From: Acidobacteriota bacterium
GTDB lineage: Bacteria > Acidobacteriota > UBA890 > WLXD01
Length of the DNA stretch: 64,000 bases
Assembly (NCBI GenBank): GCA_963666055.2
Contig: CAXWPH010000002.1
Location: forward strand, 64,001 to 128,000
Direction of reading: 5' to 3'
A program made the position numbers and the translations under genes. The stretch's first letter is position 1. Every line of letters begins with the position of its first letter. Positions 40,860-51,310 of the stretch are shown piece after piece. Below the pieces are notes generated by a model. That model searched no databases. It was not told where the DNA came from and worked only from the letters and a program-made list of their open reading frames with translations.

Positions 40860-41884
40860 TCGCTCCGCTCCGACAGAGTTTCGATCGTCGTCGATTCCTC
40901 TGTGTCGCCAGCGCCGCCCTGGGAGTCTCCTTCACTGGGTGCCGACGCGCGGACGCACCGGGTACCGGTGACTCTGCTCCGCGACTGGACGCGCACGTGC
41001 ACGCCACCAGCCCGGCGTTAGCCGGCTGGTTGCCAGGTGAAGCCGAGATCACGGCGATCGGCGGTAGTGGGTTGCTCGCCAGACTCGACGCGCTTGGCGC
41101 TTAGCGCGCCTTCGTGCTTTCGAGTGCCTACCTATATGCCTCCGACTTCCAGTCATCGTTCGATCCCTGGCGCGGTGCTGTCGGGGAGCTCGACCGCGTT
41201 CGAGCCGAGAACGACTTCACCGCCGATCAGTGTTCCGGCGAGTCGCGGCTCGTGCCTTTCTGCAGTCTCAACCCTAAGCGCGACTACGCCGTGGAAGAGT
41301 TGGCGCGCTGCGTCGAAGATCGTGGAATGCGTGGCCTCAAGCTGCATTTCTGGAACTCGAATCTGAGCCTCCGTGACGCCGCCCACCGCCGTCGCTTGAC
41401 GGCCGTCCTTGCCTATGTCGGGGCGCGCCAGCTGCCGGTGCTCGTTCACGTGCTCAACGGCGAGGACGAGGCGTTCGGACGCAGCGACGCGCAGCGCTTC
41501 GCTGATCTGCTCACTACAGCTGGGGCGCCGCCCTTGTGCCTGGCCCATCTGTGTGGCGCGGGAGGCTACGACCTCCAGGTGGCCGAGCTCTTCGACGCCT
41601 TCACCGAGCTACGCGAGGCGGGTGGGCTGTCGAGCCACACCCACGTGGAGCTGTCCGCGACGCTGAAGGACGACGACGACGGCGACGGGGCGCCATCGCT
41701 GCTCGCCACACCTGCCGGCCGTGGCCGGCTCGCCGCACAGCTGCAACGGTGGGGGCTAGACACCCTCCTGTGGGGCAGCGACAACGGCGACGACTACTTT
41801 GGCGCGACACGCCGACTTTGGCCGCTGTCCGCTGCCGAGCTGGCTCAGGTGCTAGCCAACGACGGAAGCGCATGGGTTGCCTGA
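40856..41884 (+). pseudogene. Tat-signal amidohydrolase-2 family protein with an in-frame TAG at 41102-41104
   Basis: DRRRFL signal and DAHVH precede the stop. The same frame continues RAFVLSSAY...GLKLHF...LAHLCG...WGSD. Confidence 0.85.
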
Positions 41885-41916
41885 GCCCACACCGTTGCTG
41901 CGAACCGATTCGGCCG

Positions 41917-43842
41917 CTAGCGGTTCATCAGTGCAAAGCGCAATCCGACGTAGGCGCTGCGTCCGGGCGTGCCGAAACCCCAGATCTCCTGGTACTCGTG
42001 GTCGGCGATGTTGTCGATTCGACCGATCAGCTCGATGCCGGTGCTCATCTGCCATTGGCCGGCGGCATTCCACAGCGTGTAGCCTTCGAGCCGGACGGTG
42101 TCGGCAGTCCCGAAGTCGTTGCGCGCACCTTTGAAGCGCAGCTCGGTGAACAAGCTCAGGTCGGTTCGGGGGCGTACCCGTAGCATGATGGCGCCCTCGT
42201 GCTCGGGTCGTCGAAGGAGGTGGTCGCCGCTTCCCTTGGCCTTGGCGTCGGTGTACGTGTAGTTGGCGTCGAGGCGCACTTCGCGATGGGCAAGCAGGCT
42301 CGTGGCCAGCTCCAGCCCTTGGGTCGTGACGGCGCCCAGGTTCACGAAGCCTGCCGGGAAGGCGAACTCGATGAGGTTGTCGAGATCGTTGCGAAACCAT
42401 GTGGCGTCGGCGATGAGGCGTCCTCTCATGAACGTCCCCCCGCCCCCGATATCCCAGCCGGTGCTCGACTCTGGTCCGAGCTCCGGGTTGCCGAAGCCCG
42501 GGAAATACAGCTCATTGAAGTTGGGTGCTCGGAATCCGCTGCCCACCGAGCCGTGCAATCGTATTCCCGACGGGGCGTTGTAGGCGGCGGTGAAACGATA
42601 GGTGGTCTTGTCACCGAACCGCGAGTGATCTTCGTAGCGAAGCCCGGCCGCAACGTGTAGCCGATCGTTCCACGACCATCGATGCTGTGCGTACAGGCCG
42701 GTAACGTCGATAGACTCGTCCAGACCGCTCACACCGAAGGTCGAGATACTCTCGGTTGTTGCCGTCTCGCGCCGGCGCTCGATCCCCACGATCGTGGTGT
42801 TGTTGTCGTCCAGCCTCAGGTCGCTCTGGAAGTCGATCTCCCGAATGGAAGCGTCGATCGACGAGGAAACTGTGAACCCATCCGGGTCGGAGGTCCCCAG
42901 GCGCTGCTCGGTAGCGGAGAGCGTCAATTTGCCGGAGTACACGCCGCGGTCGTAGTCGAGCACCACACCGCCGTACGTCTCACGTACATCCTGCAACGCG
43001 TTGAGATCGTCGACCGGTCCGGCGACGAAGTCGAACTGGTCGAAGTGTGTCGAGCCGTCGAAATGGGTGAGGAAACCTTCTATGGCGATGCCGTCTCCGA
43101 AACGCGCTCCAGCGCGTGCATCGACCGCCGTGTTGCGGAAGCGGTCGCGCTCTGAGTTGCCATTGCGAGCGTCCGCGGCAGAAAGATTGTCGCTGTCGAA
43201 ATAGTCGAGGCCGAGCGAGTACCAGCTCGATTCGCCCTCCCTGGCGAGGCCCACGTTGGCGCGCAGGGTTCCGAAAGCTCCACCTTCCAGCGCCACGTCG
43301 AGCCCGGCAGTGTCGTTGCCGCGATGGGTGATGACGTTGATCACGCCGCCCACCGCCTCCGAGCCGTAGAGGGTGCTCTGCGGACCGCGAACAATCTCGA
43401 TTCGCTCAACCCGCGACGCCGGCAAGTACGCCCAGTCGTAGGCGCCGGTGGTGGGGCTGTTTACCTTCAGCCCGTTCACCAACACCAGCGTGTGGTTTGA
43501 GTTCGTGCCGCGCGTGAACACGGTGGTGGTGGATCCGGGGCCACCGGCGCGGGCGACGGTGACTCCCGGAACACGCGCCAGCACGTCCATCAGCCAGACG
43601 GCGCCACTGGAACGTATCTCTGCCGCTGTGATGATGGTGGTGCTGCTACCGACCGTGCCGAGTGTCTCCTCGAGGCGGTTGGCGGTGACGACGACGCGCT
43701 CCTCGATGCGCAACTCGTCCTCTGCCGCGGTCGAGGACTGTTGTGCCGGGGCGGATGCAGCGGACTGTCGCGCCATGGCCGGGTTGGAAAGAGACAGTGC
43801 GACGACGAAAGCGACCAGGAGCCGCAGCGTTGTGAAACGCAT
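41917..43842 (-). CDS. btuB: TonB-dependent receptor, BtuB-like (cobalamin)
   Basis: VVVTANR, RGTNSNHTLVLVNG, RIEIVRGPQSTLYGS and GFRAP motifs; cobalamin riboswitch upstream. Confidence 0.9.
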   Translation of the reverse strand: MRFTTLRLLVAFVVALSLSNPAMARQSAASAPAQQSSTAAEDELRIEERVVVTANRLEETLGTVGSSTTIITAAEIRSSGAVWLMDVLARVPGVTVARAGGPGSTTTVFTRGTNSNHTLVLVNGLKVNSPTTGAYDWAYLPASRVERIEIVRGPQSTLYGSEAVGGVINVITHRGNDTAGLDVALEGGAFGTLRANVGLAREGESSWYSLGLDYFDSDNLSAADARNGNSERDRFRNTAVDARAGARFGDGIAIEGFLTHFDGSTHFDQFDFVAGPVDDLNALQDVRETYGGVVLDYDRGVYSGKLTLSATEQRLGTSDPDGFTVSSSIDASIREIDFQSDLRLDDNNTTIVGIERRRETATTESISTFGVSGLDESIDVTGLYAQHRWSWNDRLHVAAGLRYEDHSRFGDKTTYRFTAAYNAPSGIRLHGSVGSGFRAPNFNELYFPGFGNPELGPESSTGWDIGGGGTFMRGRLIADATWFRNDLDNLIEFAFPAGFVNLGAVTTQGLELATSLLAHREVRLDANYTYTDAKAKGSGDHLLRRPEHEGAIMLRVRPRTDLSLFTELRFKGARNDFGTADTVRLEGYTLWNAAGQWQMSTGIELIGRIDNIADHEYQEIWGFGTPGRSAYVGLRFALMNR

Positions 43843-43879
43843 GGGAAACCCTCCCCCGAGGGACAACCGGGTGGTTGAT

Positions 43880-44085
43880 TGCGGTCTCCTGGCTCACGGA
43901 TCGTCCTACTCGCCGCCACCTTCCCAGGCGTGAGCCCAGTGACGTTCGGGCCTGAGGCAGGCCGCGCGGCTCACGTACCGCGTGCCATCCGTCAGGCTTC
44001 GGGCGGCTTTCGTCCCCGTTCACAGTTGCGGGGCAGCGCGGGATTCTCACCCGCTTCCCGTGTCGACCTCTCGCCGACGCAGTCA
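43880..44085 (-). ncRNA. Cobalamin (AdoCbl) riboswitch
   Basis: Minus strand: GGGAAGCGGGTGAGAATCCCGCGCTGCCCCGCAACTGTGA...GTCACTGGG...GGGAAGG...GAGCCAGGAGACC. Boundaries are approximate. Confidence 0.93.
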
Positions 44086-44222
44086 GTAAGCCACATGAGT
44101 GCCAGCGCCTCAACCATTCCGCCGGGAGCCCTGATCCGACCCCGCGGTCCGACGAACGGGCACCCGGTTCTATGATGCGCCGGACTGGCTTCCAGGGCGC
44201 CTGGGTATGATTGCAGCCGACA

Positions 44223-44256
44223 CCAGACCCACCACACTTTCACCACCGCCTGCTAG
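44223..44256 (-). repeat. 34-nt dispersed repeat, family B, copy 2
   Basis: CCAGACCCACCACACTTTCACCACCGCCTGCTAG; 2 mismatches to consensus. Confidence 0.8.
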
Positions 44257-44270
44257 GGAGAAGATCGCAG

Positions 44271-45188
44271 ATGATCGAGGCGTTGCGCACCCCGGAGGAA
44301 CGCTTCATAGCCGTTCCCGACTTCGACTATGCACCGAACTACGTCGACGATCTGCCGGGGTTCGAAGGCCTGCGTATGCATCTGGTCGACGAAGGGCCGG
44401 CGCACGCTGATCACGTCTACCTTTGCTTGCACGGCGAGCCCACGTGGAGCTTCCTGTACCGCAAGATGATGCCGCCGTTGCTGGCCACCGGTGGTCGCGT
44501 TGTGGCGCTCGATTTCTTCGGCTTCGGTCGCTCGGACAAGCCCGTCGACGACGCCGTTTATACGTTCGACTTCCACCGTCGTTCGTTGGTCGAGCTCATC
44601 ACCCAACGCCAGCTCACCAACATCACCCTCGTCTGCCAGGACTGGGGTGGGCTGCTCGGACTCACCCTGCCGCAGGAGATGCCCGAGCGGTTTACTCGCC
44701 TGCTGGTGATGAACACCTCCCTGGGTACCGGCGACGTTCCTCTCTCGTCAGGCTTCGTCGCCTGGCGAGATTTCGTGCGCAACAACCCGGACTTCTCCAT
44801 CATGTCGCTCATGCGCCGCACCTGTCCGGGGCTGACGCCCGAGGAGCTGGCGGCCTACGAGGCGCCGTTTCCGGACGATCGTTTCCGTGCCGGGGTACGT
44901 ACCTTCCCGGCGATCGTGCCGAGCGCGCCGGACGATCCGGGTGCGGAGCTGTCACGTCGGGCACGGGCGTGGCTTTCCAACGAGTGGTCGGGTCAGACCT
45001 TCATGGCCGTCGGGGCTCAGGACCCGGTGCTGGGAGTGCCAGTCATGCGTGCCCTGGCGGAGACGATTCGTGGCGCCCCGGAACCGCTGGTGTTCGACGA
45101 TGCCGGCCATTTCACTCAGGAGGCCGGGGAGGTTGTGGTAGCGGCAGCCCTCGCCGCGTTCGGAGACCACCGGGCCGCTCCCGCGTGA
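44271..45188 (+). CDS. Haloalkane dehalogenase family protein
   Basis: RTPEERF, LHGEPTWSFLYRKM, GFGRSDKP, QDWGG, AYEAPFP and AGHF motifs. Confidence 0.92.
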   Translation: MIEALRTPEERFIAVPDFDYAPNYVDDLPGFEGLRMHLVDEGPAHADHVYLCLHGEPTWSFLYRKMMPPLLATGGRVVALDFFGFGRSDKPVDDAVYTFDFHRRSLVELITQRQLTNITLVCQDWGGLLGLTLPQEMPERFTRLLVMNTSLGTGDVPLSSGFVAWRDFVRNNPDFSIMSLMRRTCPGLTPEELAAYEAPFPDDRFRAGVRTFPAIVPSAPDDPGAELSRRARAWLSNEWSGQTFMAVGAQDPVLGVPVMRALAETIRGAPEPLVFDDAGHFTQEAGEVVVAAALAAFGDHRAAPA

Positions 45189-45239
45189 CCGATTCCTGAC
45201 ATACGGTTGGGCGCCAGGCCCCGGTACCGACTCGGCGAC

Positions 45240-46637
<1,398 letters not shown>

Positions 46638-46657
46638 GGTGGGAAAGGTGTCGTCGC

Positions 46658-48109
46658 TCAGGCGTTGAGCACGCGACGCAGATAGCGCCCCAGGGTCTTG
46701 AGCCGGTAGCTGCCGCGCCGTGCGTTGTGGTAGCCGGACGGGAGCTCCGTGCTACTGAGACGGGCGTAGCTCTTGGCTGGCTCGAAGGCGTGCCCCTCGT
46801 GCCACTCATTGAACGAGTTGAGAAAGACGAGAAAGAAGCCTTGCCGGGAATTCGTGTGGAGCGGGTTGCTCTGAACCAGTATCGATGTGCTCAGCGTGCG
46901 GCGGATCTGCTTCTGCGAAAGTCGCCTGGCGCGCTCGCGCTCCTCCATTTCGCTCCAGCTCACCTGGGCGGGCGGATGGAATGGGTTGGGCACATAACAC
47001 GAGTCCTCAGGAACTGTTCTGCGGGCGATGCTGTCGAAGCCGGGGTTCGTATTGAACGAGTAGACCAGACCGTCGCTGTTGGCGCGTTCGGAGTGCCCTT
47101 GCCAGGTCGACGGGTCGAGGAAGTTGTTGTACACGGCGATGCCATCGAAGCCGGACTTGCGAGTGCGGTTCATGTTCAAGGAATCGGCCAGCATCGTCAC
47201 TTGGTCGAATTCCCCTGCGAAACGCTCGCGGACGCCGTCGGTCTGCTGCTTCCAGATCTCGTCGGGGGTGTAGTCCGGTACGTCATGGACGATGTCGTGG
47301 CAATCGGTGACCTGCGCTGCAACGATCGTGCGGAAAGACTTGAACACTGGCCCGACCTTGCCGTTGGCGTCGCGCAGTAGCAGAAATGCGTCCCAGCCCC
47401 GCCGTTCGCCGTACTCTTGGATCAGGTAGGTGATGTCGTCGAGATAACGATGGGCACGATCGTGCCGATACGGTTCGATGTGGAACATCACCTTGATGTC
47501 GTGATCGGCCATCACGTCCATCACGGCATGGGCGGACCCTCCGGAGAAGCTGTCGGCGCCCCACCAGCTCAAGTTCACGGCGCCCGCCCCGACTTCTTTG
47601 ATCCAGCGTGCGTGTCGCTCGATCACCTTCCTGTTGCGGGAGCTGTAGGCTCCCAACTTTGGAACGCTGGTGGCGGCGAGGTCGTGCGGTGGGACGCGAT
47701 CCCACTGCTGCCAGTGACGGAAAGGATCGTTGTTGTACCAGGGGTAGTACTCGAAGATGAAGTGGCGGTTCAGATCACCGCACCGTAGCTTCAGCAGCCG
47801 GCCGAACTCAGCCCACGGGAAGGCGACGCCGGCGCGCTTCGAGGGATCGGCAGCGAGGATGAGCCGCTGGAGGTCGGCGCCGCCATAGCGCAGCTCCATC
47901 TCCAACGAGGAAAAACCATGCCGCTCAAGCGCGGGGTCCGGAAGCCCCGTCAAACCGGCTGGCGTGTACGGTCCAGGCGTCGGTCCACTCCCCCCCCCCC
48001 CAGCCGCCGGTAGAGACCGCGCCACCAGGCCACCGCCGAAGCCGAACGCGGCTGGTGCCGCGATCGCTCCGAGGCTGCCGAGCACGCGTCGTCGTGACCA
48101 GTCAATCAT
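46658..48109 (-). CDS. Tat-exported GH99-like glycoside hydrolase
   Basis: SRRRVL signal; YYPWY, LGAYSS, LSWWG, HIEPY and [12 protein letters not shown] motifs. Confidence 0.8.
   Translation of the reverse strand: MIDWSRRRVLGSLGAIAAPAAFGFGGGLVARSLPAAGGGGSGPTPGPYTPAGLTGLPDPALERHGFSSLEMELRYGGADLQRLILAADPSKRAGVAFPWAEFGRLLKLRCGDLNRHFIFEYYPWYNNDPFRHWQQWDRVPPHDLAATSVPKLGAYSSRNRKVIERHARWIKEVGAGAVNLSWWGADSFSGGSAHAVMDVMADHDIKVMFHIEPYRHDRAHRYLDDITYLIQEYGERRGWDAFLLLRDANGKVGPVFKSFRTIVAAQVTDCHDIVHDVPDYTPDEIWKQQTDGVRERFAGEFDQVTMLADSLNMNRTRKSGFDGIAVYNNFLDPSTWQGHSERANSDGLVYSFNTNPGFDSIARRTVPEDSCYVPNPFHPPAQVSWSEMEERERARRLSQKQIRRTLSTSILVQSNPLHTNSRQGFFLVFLNSFNEWHEGHAFEPAKSYARLSSTELPSGYHNARRGSYRLKTLGRYLRRVLNA
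47990..48001 (-). repeat. G12 homopolymer (C12 on +) within the GH99-like gene
   Basis: 12 consecutive C; encodes GGG x4 just after the signal peptide. Confidence 0.9.
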
Positions 48110-48368
48110 GGGACAATTGAACCCTCTGACACGACCAAACGGCAAGTCTGTCCGGGGTCGCGCTGATTTCGCATCGGCGGCCTGGGAGGTCATCATGCGT
48201 GAAGGATCGGCATTCCCTGGGATTGCGGCAATCATCTGCCTCGGTTTCAGCGGGTTGCCCGCCGATCAGAAGATGGGCCAGCAGGAGGCGACGAATTTCG
48301 TTATCACGCGCTCCAATCTGGCAGCGTTGGCGCGCCTTGACGGTCCGCTGGCTGCGCGCTAACGGTGC

Positions 48369-48512
48369 CTAGCGGGCCGTGGTGGAAGTGTGGTGGGCCT
48401 GGCGATAGGGTCTTGCGAGGCGGAGGCAAGGATCGCCGTCGTCGAGCCTCCTCGGATTCGACTCAGTCGCGCGCGCCACAATATGCAACGAACCTCTGTT
48501 ACAGGACACTAG
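48369..48512. mobile_element. Hybrid CTAG-bounded element: family B end (48369-48402) plus family A end (48476-48512)
   Basis: Left end has 2 mismatches in 34 to the family B consensus. Right end CCACAATATGCAACGAACCTCTGTTACAGGACACTAG has 4 mismatches in 37 to the family A end. Confidence 0.7.
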
Positions 48513-49016
48513 ATGTCTGAGTCAGGCTTTGATCAACGCGAGCTTCGCGGCGCGCTCGGTCGCTTTGCCACCGGTGTGACGGTCGTCACCGCCAAGGCTG
48601 ATGATGGGACGTACGTTGGTGTGACCGTGAGCAGCTTTAATACGGTCTCGCTGGAGCCGCCGCTGGTGCTCTGGAGCCTCGATCGCAAGTCGGGCACGTT
48701 TCCCGTGTTCGAGGCCGCGACCCACTTTGCGGTGAGCGTGCTCGGCACCGACCAGATCGAGCTGTCGAACACCTTCGCGAGCCGCGACGACGGCAAGTTC
48801 GACGGCGTGAAGTGCGGTGAGGGTGCCGGCGGTGCGCCGCTGATCCCGGGCAGTTTGGCGACGTTCGAGTGTCGCAACGCGCATCAGTACGACGGCGGCG
48901 ACCATGTGATTTTCGTCGGCGAGGTTGTGGCCTTCGACCGCCGTGAGGGTGTCGCGCTGCTGTTTCACGACGGGGCCTACTGTGTGGCGGCGCCACACGG
49001 CAACGGTACCGACTGA
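48513..49016 (+). CDS. Flavin reductase family protein (HpaC/RutF-like)
   Basis: LGRFATGVTVVT, SFNTVSLEPPLV and GGDHVIFVGEV motifs. Confidence 0.93.
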   Translation: MSESGFDQRELRGALGRFATGVTVVTAKADDGTYVGVTVSSFNTVSLEPPLVLWSLDRKSGTFPVFEAATHFAVSVLGTDQIELSNTFASRDDGKFDGVKCGEGAGGAPLIPGSLATFECRNAHQYDGGDHVIFVGEVVAFDRREGVALLFHDGAYCVAAPHGNGTD

Positions 49017-49028
49017 CGCGGCGTGCCA

Positions 49029-51293
49029 ATGCAGCAGGTTCCGGCTCTGGTCCAACAGGATCTGGTCCTGGTGGGCGGCGGGCATAGCCACGTCACGGTT
49101 CTCAAGCGATTCGGCATGCGGCCCGAGCCCGGTGTGCGGGTGACGCTGATCTGCCGTGACACGCAGGCGCCGTATTCCGGAATGTTGCCCGGGATGATCG
49201 CCGGCCACTACGGATTCGACGACGCCCATATCGATCTCGGCCCGCTGTCGCGTTTCGCCTCTGCCCGCTTCCTCCGTGATGAGGTAATCGGGATCGACCG
49301 CGCAAACCGGCGGCTGCTCTGTCGTGGCAGGCCGCCGGTTGCGTACGACGTGGTAGCCATCGACATTGGATCGTCGCCGATCATGCGTGATGTCGAAGGT
49401 GCCGAGGGGGTGGTCGTTCCCGTCAAGCCCATCGACCGTTTCGCTCGCAAATGGACGCGAATTAAGGAGCGCATCCTGGCGCAGACGGGCCCCTCGGTAA
49501 TCGCTGTCGTCGGCGGTGGGGCAGGGGGCGTGGAGATTCTGTTGGCTCTCCAGCACCGCCTGCATTGTGAGCTGCTCCGTATCGGGCGCACCGACGAGCA
49601 CCTCGAATATCGGCTGTACACGCGCGACGGCGAGATCCTGCCATCGCACAACCGTCGCGTACAACGTAAGTTCAGGCGTGTCTTGGCGGAACGCGGCGTC
49701 ATCGTGCGACCAGATAGTGGCGTCGTGCGGGTCGAGAAGAACGGGCGCACCCGCCTGATCTTCGATCGAGGCGATTTTGCGGAAGTCGACGAAGCGCTTT
49801 GGGTGACCACGGCCGAGGCGCAGCGATGGCCCGGCGAGGGCGGACTGGAGGTCGATGAGCACGGCTTCATCCGGGTCAACGATACCTTGCAGTCGACAAA
49901 CGACCTCGACGTGTTCGCCAGCGGCGATGTTGCCGCCGTCGTGGGTTACCCGCGACCGAAGGCCGGTGTCTTTGCGGTGCGTCAGGGACCGCCGTTGGAG
50001 CACAACTTGCGGCGACGGCTGCGCGGGGAGTCGTTGAGGCCGTTCCACCCGCAGCGACATTTCCTCAGCCTGGTAAGCACCGGCGACCGGTACGCGGTTG
50101 CGTCGCGTTCGTTCTGGAGCCTCGAGGGGCGGTGGGTATGGCGCTGGAAGGATTGGATCGACCGACGTTTCATGCGCAAGTACAACGACCTTCCCGAGAT
50201 GGAGCCGCAAGCCGAGCCGGCTTCGCGTGACGACACTAAAACACTGCGGACGTTGTCGAGCCCGACGATGCGTTGTGCCGGATGCGGATCGAAGGTCGGC
50301 AGCGGCGTCCTCGAGCGGGCGCTGGCCAGGTTGTCGAGGACGCCTCACCCAGACGTCATCATCGGCCTCGATGCGCCCGACGATGCTGCAGTGGTGCGTG
50401 TGCCCGAGGGTAAGGTCCTAGTGCAAACAGTCGATCATTTCACCGCCTTCATCGACGACCCTTTCGTCTTCGGCCGCATCGCCGCCGTGCATGCGTTGAG
50501 CGACCTGCACGCCATGGGAGCCGAGCCGCAATCGGCCCTGGCGCTGGCAACGGTCCCCTATGCCGACGAGGCGAAGCTGGAGGAGGATCTGGTGCAACTG
50601 CTGGCGGGCGCTTTGGGGGCGCTTGACGAGTGCGGTGCTGCTCTTGTTGGCGGACACACCAGTGAGGGGCCGACAATGGCGCTGGGCTTTGCGGTGAGCG
50701 GGTTTGCCCATCCCGAAGCGCTCTCGACCAAGAGTGGAGCGCGGCCGGGCGAGGCTCTCGTGCTGACCAAGCCGATCGGTAGCGGCGTGTTATTTGCGGC
50801 GCACATGCGCCAGCGAGCCAAAGGGCGGTGGATCGAGGCGGCGTTGGCGTCGATGTCGACCTCGAATCAGGCTGCGGCCGAGATCCTGCGTCGCCACGGA
50901 GTGTCGGCGATGACCGACGTCACCGGTTTCGGGGTCTTGGGTCACCTGCTGGAGATGCTGCGCGCCTCGGAAGTGGGGGCCGAGATTGACATCGCGGCAG
51001 TGCCGGCCTACGACGGTGCGATCGCGGTGATCGAACAGGGGATCACCTCTTCGTTGCATCCGCAGAATCTGCGCTCACGCCGCGCGGTGGTCAACCCGGA
51101 GCTTGGTGCCGAGCGGCCGGCGTTCGCCCTGCTGTTCGATCCGCAGACGGCGGGCGGGCTGCTGGCGAGCGTTCCCGAGGCCACGGTCGACGCGGCGATC
51201 CGAGAGTTGGTGGCTGCGGGGTACCCGGCAGCCTGCCGTTTGGGCACGACGACCGAGGGCGAGCCTCGGATCACGCTGGGCTCACCCGGTTAG
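49029..51293 (+). CDS. selD: Selenide, water dikinase with N-terminal FAD/NAD oxidoreductase domain
   Basis: LVGGGHSH, YSGMLPG, VGGGAGGVE; then CAGCGSKV, DDAAV, QTVDHF, LTKPIG, TDVTGFG and DPQTAGGLL. Confidence 0.93.
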   Translation: MQQVPALVQQDLVLVGGGHSHVTVLKRFGMRPEPGVRVTLICRDTQAPYSGMLPGMIAGHYGFDDAHIDLGPLSRFASARFLRDEVIGIDRANRRLLCRGRPPVAYDVVAIDIGSSPIMRDVEGAEGVVVPVKPIDRFARKWTRIKERILAQTGPSVIAVVGGGAGGVEILLALQHRLHCELLRIGRTDEHLEYRLYTRDGEILPSHNRRVQRKFRRVLAERGVIVRPDSGVVRVEKNGRTRLIFDRGDFAEVDEALWVTTAEAQRWPGEGGLEVDEHGFIRVNDTLQSTNDLDVFASGDVAAVVGYPRPKAGVFAVRQGPPLEHNLRRRLRGESLRPFHPQRHFLSLVSTGDRYAVASRSFWSLEGRWVWRWKDWIDRRFMRKYNDLPEMEPQAEPASRDDTKTLRTLSSPTMRCAGCGSKVGSGVLERALARLSRTPHPDVIIGLDAPDDAAVVRVPEGKVLVQTVDHFTAFIDDPFVFGRIAAVHALSDLHAMGAEPQSALALATVPYADEAKLEEDLVQLLAGALGALDECGAALVGGHTSEGPTMALGFAVSGFAHPEALSTKSGARPGEALVLTKPIGSGVLFAAHMRQRAKGRWIEAALASMSTSNQAAAEILRRHGVSAMTDVTGFGVLGHLLEMLRASEVGAEIDIAAVPAYDGAIAVIEQGITSSLHPQNLRSRRAVVNPELGAERPAFALLFDPQTAGGLLASVPEATVDAAIRELVAAGYPAACRLGTTTEGEPRITLGSPG

Positions 51294-51310
51294 CTACCCG
51301 CACTCGACGT

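Noticed and set aside
41102-41104. Pyrrolysine recoding
   Set aside because: No pyl genes in the window; the position appears non-catalytic; TAG is a routine stop here.
50268-50300. Selenocysteine in SelD
   Set aside because: The catalytic motif uses TGT/TGC Cys codons, with no in-frame TGA.
48522-50348. Long antisense ORFs (also 1079..2212, 51365..52486 and others)
   Set aside because: Shadow frames of real genes in high-GC DNA, with no protein motifs.
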